From an uncultured Spirochaetota bacterium (GTDB taxonomy: Bacteria > Spirochaetota > Spirochaetia > SZUA-6 > CAVTHK01): 64,000 nucleotides of DNA. Below, one piece after another: positions 17,957 through 26,808 of this stretch (positions within the stretch are counted from its first letter, which is position 1; every line of letters starts with the position of its first letter). The stretch spans positions 320,001 to 384,000 of the forward strand of contig CAVTHK010000001.1 of assembly GCA_963734495.1 (NCBI GenBank), read 5' to 3'. The notes beneath the pieces are model-generated. The model saw only the letters and a program-made list of their open reading frames with translations. It was not told the DNA's origin and did no database searches. The translations under genes and the position numbers were made by a program.

Positions 17957-19591
17957 TCACAGCGTCAGCAGCGAGTCCAGCTTGACCTGCTCCTCGCCGA
18001 GCTGCACCTCGACCACGGTCGCGATCGTGTCGGGGATCCGCTCAGGCCGGTCGATGACCAGGCGGTGCTGCTTCTGCGACTTGTTCAATACCGTGGCGTA
18101 CTTCACGGTGGCCGAAGGGTCGGCGAGCAGGCGAACGGCCTTTATGCTGTTCGCAAGCCCGTGGATCGTGAGCCTGTGGGGCCAGTCGAACACGTGCAGG
18201 AAGAGGCGTCCCGGTTTGAATGTCACCCCGCCCCAGCTCGACGGGTCGTAGGGAAGCACGGGCGCCGGCCTGGTGCCGTAGATCGCCTCGCCGCTCGCGG
18301 TCACCCAGCGGCCGACGTCGCGAAGAATCCGCACGCTCGGCTCCGGGATGACGCCCTCGGCCGTCGGGCCCACGTTGAGCAGGTAGTTGCCCCCGCGGCC
18401 GTTGATCATGACGAGCAGCCGCGCGACTCGCTCGGCGCTTTTCCAGTTGTGGTCGAAGCTCTTGAATCCCCAGGTGTCGTTGAGCGTCGCCGGGATCTCC
18501 CAGTCGCGGTCCAGAGGCAGGCTCGGGATCAGGTTGTCCCCGGTGTTGATGTAATCGCCGCACTGGTTTCCGATCCGGCCGTTGACGAGGCAGGACGGCT
18601 GGATCTCCTTGACGAACCGGTAGAGCTGCTGGCTGTACTTGAGCTCGACGTTCATCGGCGTGTCGAACCAGATCATGCCGATGTCGCCGTACTGCGTGAG
18701 CAGCTCCCGAACCTGCGGCTTGCACTTGGCCTCGAAGTAGCGGCCGTAATCCTTGGCCTTCTCATCGGGCCAGTCCCACGTGTTGCCGACGGCGTCCTTC
18801 TCGTGCCAGTCCTGGACCTGGGAATAGTAGAAGCAGAGCTTCAGCCCCGCATCGCGGCACGCCTGCGCGAGGTCGACCATCGGGTCGCGCCTAAAGGGCG
18901 TCGCGTCCACGATGTTGTAGGGCGAGCAGCGGGAGCGGTACATCGCGAAGCCGTCATGGTGCTTGGCGGTGATCGTGACGTACTTCATGCCGGCGTCTTT
19001 CGCCAGGCGCACCCACTCGCGGGCGTCGAACCGCACCGGGTTGAACTGGCCGGCGATCTTCTCGTAATCGGCGACCGGGATCTTGCCGTCGTGCATGATC
19101 CACTCGCCGATGTTCGGCGTCTGCCAGCCCTTCCATTCGCCGGCGAGCACAGAGTAGAGACCCCAATGGATGAACAGGCCGTAGCGCGCCTCGCGCCACC
19201 ACCGGATCGCCCGCTCGGCCGCGGGGTCCAGCGCCTTCTTCGCCGGGGCCGCCGGCGCGGGCTTCGCAGCCGGCCGGACAGGCGCCCTTACCGCCTTTGC
19301 CGCGCGCACCGGCCTGGCGGGGCGGCTCGCCTTTCGCTTCGCGGCGGGTCTGGCTGCGCGGCGCGGGCGCCGGGCCGCCGCCTTGCGGGTGGCCGCCTTG
19401 CGGGCCGGCGCCTTGCGGGCCGGCCGGGCCTTCGCGCGCCGGGCCGGCGCGGCCTTCCGCGCGGCTCGCCTCGCGGCCTTCCTCGGGGCTGCCTTTCGCG
19501 CCTTTCGCGCACTCCTCGCCGGCTTCGCGGCTCGCCTCGCCTTCGCGGCCTTCGCGGGCCGCTTCGCTCTCGATGCCTTCTTCTTTGCCAT
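17957..19591 (-). CDS. GH29 alpha-L-fucosidase with N-terminal K/R/A/P-rich extension
   Basis: GLFIHWGLYS, TAKHHDGF, IWFD, YLLNVGP; GAGGAGG SD before ATG 19591. Confidence 0.92.
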   Translation of the reverse strand: MAKKKASRAKRPAKAAKARRAAKPARSARKARKAAPRKAARRAARKAAPARRAKARPARKAPARKAATRKAAARRPRRAARPAAKRKASRPARPVRAAKAVRAPVRPAAKPAPAAPAKKALDPAAERAIRWWREARYGLFIHWGLYSVLAGEWKGWQTPNIGEWIMHDGKIPVADYEKIAGQFNPVRFDAREWVRLAKDAGMKYVTITAKHHDGFAMYRSRCSPYNIVDATPFRRDPMVDLAQACRDAGLKLCFYYSQVQDWHEKDAVGNTWDWPDEKAKDYGRYFEAKCKPQVRELLTQYGDIGMIWFDTPMNVELKYSQQLYRFVKEIQPSCLVNGRIGNQCGDYINTGDNLIPSLPLDRDWEIPATLNDTWGFKSFDHNWKSAERVARLLVMINGRGGNYLLNVGPTAEGVIPEPSVRILRDVGRWVTASGEAIYGTRPAPVLPYDPSSWGGVTFKPGRLFLHVFDWPHRLTIHGLANSIKAVRLLADPSATVKYATVLNKSQKQHRLVIDRPERIPDTIATVVEVQLGEEQVKLDSLLTL

Positions 19592-19650
19592 TCTGTTACC
19601 TCCTCACGTCTTCCTGCGGCGCGGCGCCGCAAGACGTGTGTCGTTGCGCT

Positions 19651-20699
<1,049 letters not shown>

Positions 20700-20703
<4 letters not shown>

Positions 20704-21809
20704 GCTTCGCCTCCCCCAGCGACGTCGATCGGCGCAGCCGGCGCTCTGTGCACCCGCGCCTTGCGCCCCCCGCCGGCAGGCTCCGCCGCGCGCGGCTCCT
20801 CGTCGGGACCATGGAGGAAGCAGCGCACCCGGTGCCCGCCCGCGCCGCCCCCGCCCTCCCGGCCGACGAGCGCCGGCACCGCCTTGTCGCAGCGGCCTTC
20901 GATCCGATCGGGGCAGCGGCTCCAGAACCCGCACTGCCACGGCGGGTTCAGCGGCATCGGCACGGTGCCTTTGATCGCCTCCAGCCGCACGCGCGCCTTG
21001 CGCCCCAGCTTCGGGATGCTCTTGAGCAGCAGGCTCGTGTACGGGTGCAGCGGGTTCTTGAAGATGTCGTGCGCCGTCCCCTGCTCGACCACGCGGCCGA
21101 GGTACATCACCGCGACCTCGTCGGCGATCTCCGCGATCACCCCCAGGTCGTGGGTGATGTAGAGAACGCTCATGCCCAGCGCCTCCTGCAGCTCCTTGAT
21201 CAGCTCCAGGATCTGCGCCTGCACCGTGACGTCGAGCGCGGTGGTGGGCTCGTCGGCGATCAGCAGCGCCGGGTGGCAGGAGAGCGCCATCGCGATCATT
21301 GCCCGCTGCCGCATGCCGCCGGAGAGCTGGTGCGGGTACTCCTGGAAGCGCTGAGCCGGGTTGCTGATCCCCACGCGCGCCAGCATCTCGATCGCGATCT
21401 CGCGGGCCTGGAACTTGTCCTGCGTCCGGTGGAGCAGGATCGCCTCCATGACCTGGTTGCCGATCGTGTGCACGGGAGACAGCGACGTCATCGGCTCCTG
21501 GAAGATCATCGAGATGTCCTTGCCGCGGATGGCGCGAATCTCCGCCCCGCGGCCGTCAAGGGAGGCGAGGTCGACCGGCACGCCGTTGTCCCGCGAGAAC
21601 ATGATGCGGCCCTGCACGATACGGCCCGGCGCCGGGACGATGCGCAGGACGCTCTGGGCAGTCACGCTCTTGCCGCAGCCGCTTTCCCCGATGATTCCGA
21701 GGGTGCGCTTCTGGCCCACGGACAGGCTGACGCCGTCGACGGCCTTGAGCGTGCCTTCCTCGAGCGCGAACCAGGTGCGCAGCTCTTCGATCTCGACGAC
21801 GTTGTTCAT
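20700..21809 (-). CDS. Opp/Dpp-family ABC ATP-binding protein (D-type)
   Basis: [32 protein letters not shown] before ATG 21809. Confidence 0.95.
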
Positions 21810-21820
21810 GCGCCCTCCGC

Positions 21821-22942
21821 CTATCGGTACGGGTCTGCCGCGTCGCGCAGCCCGTCTCCAATAAAGCTGAACATCAGAACCGCCAGCACGACGAACAGAC
21901 CGGGAATGAGCTGCCAGGGTCTCTGCGCGACCGCGCCGATGTCCTGCGCATCCCTGAGCAACACCCCCCAGCTCACAGCCGGCGGCTGCATGCCCAGACC
22001 GAGAAAGCTCAAGCTTGTCTCGCCGAGGATTGTCGACGGTATGGCGAGCGTAATGTGCACTATGAGGTAGCTCATGAAATTGGGCAGAAGGTGACGCGCA
22101 ATGATCCACGACTGCGACGAGCCGGAGATGCGGGCGGCCAGCACAAAGTCCTCCTGGCGCAGCGAGAGCAGCTTGCCGCGGATGATCCGTGCGAGGCCCG
22201 CCCACCCCACGACCGCGAGCACCAGCGTGATGGCGAAGTAGGTCTGCGTCACCGACCAGTGGCGCGGGATGGCCGCGGCCAGCGCCATCCACAGCGGGAT
22301 CGTCGGCATCGAGAGAAGCACCTCGATCGTCCGCTGGATGACGTCGTCGATCACGCCGCCGAGATACCCGGAGATCCCGCCGAGGGTGCAGCCGAGGACG
22401 AAGCTCAGAAACACGCCGCCGAAGCCTATGAACAGCGAGATCCTCGCCCCGTAGAGCGTGCGCGAGAACAGGTCGCGGCCGAGACGGTCGCTGCCGAACA
22501 GCAGCACCGGCATGTCGCCTTCGGTGCCGAAGAAACGCAGCCTGGTCCGGAACAGCCCCAGGAACTTGTACTCGTCGCCCTGCACCAAGAGCCTGATCGG
22601 ATGCACCCGCTCGGTGTCCTCCGTGAATTGCACGCGGAAGTTCGCCGGGTTGACCTTGCGCGTAAAGCCGTAGATGAACGGCGCCTGCAGCCCCTTGCCC
22701 GCTGTGGTGATGTGGATCCGCGTCGGCGGCGCGTTCTCGTATCCGGTAAATCGGTGGTCTCTTTCGTAAGGGACAAAGAAATCGGCCAGGATCGAGACGA
22801 AGTACATCAACGCCAGCAGGACGATCGAAGCCACGGCGACCTTGTGCTTGCGGAAGCGCCACCATATGAGCTGGCCCTGCGACGCGGTGTACCACTGCTC
22901 GGTAAAGGTCTGTTCTGCGACCTGAGTGCTGCTGTCGCTCAT
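21821..22942 (-). CDS. Opp/Dpp-family ABC permease (C-type)
   Basis: GSDRLGRDLFSRTLYGARISL, ETSLSFLGLG, DGLRDAADPY. Confidence 0.95.
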   Translation of the reverse strand: MSDSSTQVAEQTFTEQWYTASQGQLIWWRFRKHKVAVASIVLLALMYFVSILADFFVPYERDHRFTGYENAPPTRIHITTAGKGLQAPFIYGFTRKVNPANFRVQFTEDTERVHPIRLLVQGDEYKFLGLFRTRLRFFGTEGDMPVLLFGSDRLGRDLFSRTLYGARISLFIGFGGVFLSFVLGCTLGGISGYLGGVIDDVIQRTIEVLLSMPTIPLWMALAAAIPRHWSVTQTYFAITLVLAVVGWAGLARIIRGKLLSLRQEDFVLAARISGSSQSWIIARHLLPNFMSYLIVHITLAIPSTILGETSLSFLGLGMQPPAVSWGVLLRDAQDIGAVAQRPWQLIPGLFVVLAVLMFSFIGDGLRDAADPYR

Positions 22943-22954
22943 CGCAAGTCCCTC

Positions 22955-23953
22955 TCACGCGCTCGCGGCGCCGTAGCGGATGCGCGGGTCCAGCCAGGCG
23001 AGAAGCAGGTCGGAGAGGAAGGTCCCGATCACGGTGAGCACGCTCAGGATCAGGACGATGCTCCCCGCCAGGAACATGTCCTGAGCGAGCGTGGCTTTCA
23101 GCAGGATGGGCCCGACGGTCTGCAGGTTCAGCACGATGCCGACGATGACCTGCCCCGAGATCAGGGAGGGCAGCAGCCACCCGATGGTGCTGAAGATCGG
23201 GTTCATGGCTATCCGGATCGGGTACTTCATGAGCAGCCGCCCCTCGGCGACGCCTTTGGCGCGCGCGGTCACGACGTACTGCTTGCGCAGCTCGTCGAGC
23301 AGCGTGGCGCGGAGCACCCTGATAAGGCCCGCCGTGCCCGAAGCGGCGACGATGACGACGGGCAGCCACGCGTTGCTCAGCAGGTTGCCGATCTTGGCGA
23401 GCGACCACGGCGCGTCGGCGAACTGAGGCGAAAACAGGCTCGTGATCGCCATGCCCGTCAGGGCATACACCCCCCACATCATCACGAGCGCGATCAGGAA
23501 CGCCGGCGTCGCAAGCCCTATGAACCCGAGAAACGAAAAGAAATAGTCGACAAAGGAATACTGCCGGGTTGCGGACACGATCGCGATCGGGATGGAGGTC
23601 ATCCAGACGATCACGAGGCTGGCCAGCGACAGCGCCACCGTGATGGGCAGCCGCTCACCGAGGACTTCGTTGACGGGCTTCTGCCACAGGAAGGACCAGC
23701 CGAGGTTCCCACGCAGTACGATGCCACCTATCCAGCGGAAGTACTGCTCGTGAAAGGGCCGGTCCAGGCCGAACTGGATCGTCAGCGACTTGATCTCGCC
23801 CTCGGTGACCTCGACACCCGAAGAGCGCAGCGCGTTGATGTATGTCGTGAGGTAGTCGCCCGGAGGGAGCTGGATCACGACGAACGAGATGACCGAGATC
23901 AGAATGAGCAGCGGCACCATGATGACCAGCCGCCGGAGAATGAAGGCTCCCAT
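22955..23953 (-). CDS. Opp/Dpp-family ABC permease (B-type)
   Basis: IQLPPGD, YVVTARAKG, SDLLLAWLDPRIR. Confidence 0.95.
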   Translation of the reverse strand: MGAFILRRLVIMVPLLILISVISFVVIQLPPGDYLTTYINALRSSGVEVTEGEIKSLTIQFGLDRPFHEQYFRWIGGIVLRGNLGWSFLWQKPVNEVLGERLPITVALSLASLVIVWMTSIPIAIVSATRQYSFVDYFFSFLGFIGLATPAFLIALVMMWGVYALTGMAITSLFSPQFADAPWSLAKIGNLLSNAWLPVVIVAASGTAGLIRVLRATLLDELRKQYVVTARAKGVAEGRLLMKYPIRIAMNPIFSTIGWLLPSLISGQVIVGIVLNLQTVGPILLKATLAQDMFLAGSIVLILSVLTVIGTFLSDLLLAWLDPRIRYGAASA

Positions 23954-24037
23954 CGGATGACCCCTTTGACAGTCGGGAGAACAAGACGCCCGGGGCGCGG
24001 CCTGGCCGGTCGCGGCCCCGGGCGTGCCTGCACGCTC

Positions 24038-25990
24038 CTACTTGTAGTAGTAGATCTCCGCGGCGAACTGCGTGGCCGATGAGCGGCCCTTGGTCGCCAG
24101 GTTGCCCAGGTTGACGGGTACCACCATGGGGGAGACCACGTCACGCGCCACCGGGAACATCGGGATGTACTCCATCATCCACGCGGCGAATTTCTTTTCC
24201 GCGGCGGCCGCCCGCTCGGAGCCGGGCTTCACGGCGCGCAGCTCTTCGTCTATCTTGTAGAGCTCCTTGATCCAGTCAGGCGGCTCGATGCCCTCCTTGC
24301 CGTTGGTGAAGATCCAGTTGTGCCACTTGATGCCCCACATGCAGCGCTGCTCGCCGGTGTAGTCGTACTTGAGGTACGGCCAGTTCACGTCGTCGAGCCA
24401 GTCGATGGTGGCATAGAGCTCGCTCGCGTTCCTCCGCTGCGTCCACAACGCGTTGTCGAGCTTTTTCATCGGGACCCGGAGGCCCAGCTTCTCGATGTCC
24501 GCGCGCATCACCTCGGACATCCGCTGCCAGTCCGCCGCCTCCTCCTTGTACTCGAAGATGAAATCGAAGCGTTTGCCGTTGGGGGCGAGGCGATAGCCAT
24601 CGGCGTCCCTCTTGTTCATGCCCATCTCGTCGAGGAGCGCGTTCGCCTTGGCGACGTTGTATTCCTGCGGGAACCACGGCTCGCGCTTGCCCATGCCGAG
24701 GAACACCGTGTCGAGCAGCCCCTTGGTGTTCATGCCCAGGTTGATGGCCTGGCGGAACTTCTTGTTGAGCACCACCTCGGTCCAGAGCGTGTCGCTGTTG
24801 TTGTAGTTCAGGAACAGAGCGACCGGCGCGTTGTGATAGGTGAAGTTGAGGTTCACCTTGTAGTTGCCCTTGGCCTCGTTGTCCTTGAGCAGGGGGACCT
24901 TGTCGTGGACAATGAGGTCGCGGTTCAGGTTGACCTCGCCGGCGATGACCTTGAGCGGGATGACCTCGGGGTCGGCAACGATGACAGCCTCGTACCGATC
25001 GACGTACGGCAGCTGGTTGCCGGCCATGTCGACCTTGTAGTAATAGGGGTTCCGCTCCATGATCATGCGGTCAGCGGTGAACTTGGCAGGCACCCACGGG
25101 CCGAGCGTCGGGAACCCGGCCGCGTTCGCGTTGGTGACCTCGCTCCACAGGATATCCTTGGCCTGGAACAGCCGGAACCACTCTTTGTCGGTGAGGTTCG
25201 CAGCCTTGAGGTCGGCGGCCATCTGCGCCACCGGCGTGTACTTGGTGTGGAACTTCTTGAGGTAGTGGGCCGGCTTCATGATGTCGGTGTAGCTGCCCCA
25301 CAGGTTGCCGAGCCCGAGGATGTCGAAGAAACGCCCGTAAGGCTGGGCGAATGTCATGCGGAACGTGTACTGGTCCAGGATCTCGAGCTTCATCGGCTCC
25401 GCGCCCGCCTTGCCGCCCGCCCGGTAGTTGGACGGCAGGATCGGCGTGATCTCCTTGTTGAGCATCACGTCGTCCCAGCCGAAGCGGACATCGTCAGTGG
25501 TGACTGGCTCCCCGTCCGACCACCTGAGGCCCTTGCGGATCGTCAGCGTGAAGACGGTGTTGTCGTCGTTGACCGAGAAGCTCTCCGCGATGTTGCCGAA
25601 GATGGGGCCCGTGGTGTGCGCGGGGCTCCCGAGCCAGTTCTCCATGGCCGCATCGCGGAGGTTCCAGTCGAGCGACGAGTTCGTCGTGATCGACTTGAAG
25701 GACGGTCCGCCGTACTTGCCGATCTCGACCTTGAGGTCTTCGCCCTTCACGAGCGTGTTCTGCTCGACGACGAACGGCTTGTCCGGCAGGCGCTTTTCCA
25801 CCGGCGGCAACTTGCCGGCTTTGACCAGCTCTGCCAGCACCGGCGCCTCCTTGTACTTGCCCCCCGGCGCAGCCGCGGCCGAGGGCTGCGTCGTGCCGGC
25901 CGCTCCCTTTCCGGGCTCCGTGGTACCGCCGGCCCACACGCCGGGCAGGAGCACGAGAGCGAGGAAAAGGGATAGGATCAGTTTTCTCAT
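24038..25990 (-). CDS. family 5 ABC substrate-binding protein (probably oligosaccharide)
   Basis: Signal peptide, GKLPPVEKRLP, WSDGEPVT, ERNPYYYKVD..GNQLPYVD. Confidence 0.93.
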   Translation of the reverse strand: MRKLILSLFLALVLLPGVWAGGTTEPGKGAAGTTQPSAAAAPGGKYKEAPVLAELVKAGKLPPVEKRLPDKPFVVEQNTLVKGEDLKVEIGKYGGPSFKSITTNSSLDWNLRDAAMENWLGSPAHTTGPIFGNIAESFSVNDDNTVFTLTIRKGLRWSDGEPVTTDDVRFGWDDVMLNKEITPILPSNYRAGGKAGAEPMKLEILDQYTFRMTFAQPYGRFFDILGLGNLWGSYTDIMKPAHYLKKFHTKYTPVAQMAADLKAANLTDKEWFRLFQAKDILWSEVTNANAAGFPTLGPWVPAKFTADRMIMERNPYYYKVDMAGNQLPYVDRYEAVIVADPEVIPLKVIAGEVNLNRDLIVHDKVPLLKDNEAKGNYKVNLNFTYHNAPVALFLNYNNSDTLWTEVVLNKKFRQAINLGMNTKGLLDTVFLGMGKREPWFPQEYNVAKANALLDEMGMNKRDADGYRLAPNGKRFDFIFEYKEEAADWQRMSEVMRADIEKLGLRVPMKKLDNALWTQRRNASELYATIDWLDDVNWPYLKYDYTGEQRCMWGIKWHNWIFTNGKEGIEPPDWIKELYKIDEELRAVKPGSERAAAAEKKFAAWMMEYIPMFPVARDVVSPMVVPVNLGNLATKGRSSATQFAAEIYYYK

Positions 25991-26003
25991 TGTGACCTCC
26001 TGT

Positions 26004-26052
26004 GCGAAACGTTTCGCCCCCGGATTATCAGGCCGGCCTTAAAAGAAGTCAA
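26004..26052 (-). promoter_or_regulatory. sigma70 promoter with LacI-type operator for the ABC/fucosidase operon
   Basis: Minus strand TTGACT-N17-GATAAT; perfect palindrome GCGAAACGTTTCGC at 26004-26017 just downstream. Confidence 0.75.
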
Positions 26053-26085
26053 ACGGAGAATCCGGCCGGGCGGACGCGGCCACGG

Positions 26086-26120
26086 TTGACATGCGCATCA
26101 CATGCAAATATGTTCTCAAC
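26086..26120 (+). promoter_or_regulatory. promoter of vapBC, leaderless geometry
   Basis: TTGACA-N17-TATGTT-N6-ATG; repeated CATGC motifs in the spacer. Confidence 0.7.
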
Positions 26121-26348
26121 ATGAAGATGATCCAGATCCGGAACGTGCCGGACTCACTGCACCGGACGCTCAAGTCGCGCGCCGCGCTCGCGGGAATGTC
26201 GCTCTCCGATTACCTGCGCGAGGAGATCGAGCGCGTGGCGCAGCGCCCCACAGTCGATGAGCTGCGCCGGCGGCTTGCCACGAGAAAGCCGACGGCCCCG
26301 GCGCAGTCGGCGGCGGATGCCGTGCGCGCGGAGAGGGACTCCCGGTGA
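26121..26348 (+). CDS. ribbon-helix-helix antitoxin (FitA/VapB-like)
   Basis: IQIRNVPDSLHRTLKSRAALAGMSLSDYL; GTGA overlap with PIN gene. Confidence 0.88.
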   Translation: MKMIQIRNVPDSLHRTLKSRAALAGMSLSDYLREEIERVAQRPTVDELRRRLATRKPTAPAQSAADAVRAERDSR

Positions 26349-26740
26349 CCGTCGTCGACGCCTCGGCCGTGATCGAACTGCTGCTGCGGACGCCGCTCGG
26401 CGTGCTGTGCATCGATCGGCTGCTGCGGCCCGGTGAGCTTCTGTGCTCGCCTCACCTGATCGACGTGGAGGTCCTTCAGGTCCTCCGCAGGTATGCGGCG
26501 CACGCGGAGCTCTCTGACGATCGGGGGGATGAGGCCCGGCAGGACCTCGCGGACCTGCCCCTGCAGCGATACCCGCACCAGCCGCTTCTCGCGAGGATCT
26601 GGGAGCTGCGCCGCTCTCTCTCGGCTTACGACGCCGCTTACGTGGCGCTGGCGGAGGCCCTCGACGCCCCGCTCGTAACCTGCGACGGCCGTCTCGGCCG
26701 CGCTCACGGCCACGGGGCTCGGATCGAGGTGCTTTCATAG
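26345..26740 (+). CDS. vapC: VapC/PIN-domain toxin
   Basis: VVDASA, DVEV, SAYDAAYVALAE, LVTCD. Confidence 0.92.
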   Translation: MTVVDASAVIELLLRTPLGVLCIDRLLRPGELLCSPHLIDVEVLQVLRRYAAHAELSDDRGDEARQDLADLPLQRYPHQPLLARIWELRRSLSAYDAAYVALAEALDAPLVTCDGRLGRAHGHGARIEVLS

Positions 26741-26808
26741 GTCTCCGATCTGCACGCGCCGAATGCGCTGTCTTTGCGCCCGAAACGCTCGTCGCTTAGA
26801 ATGGCTGC

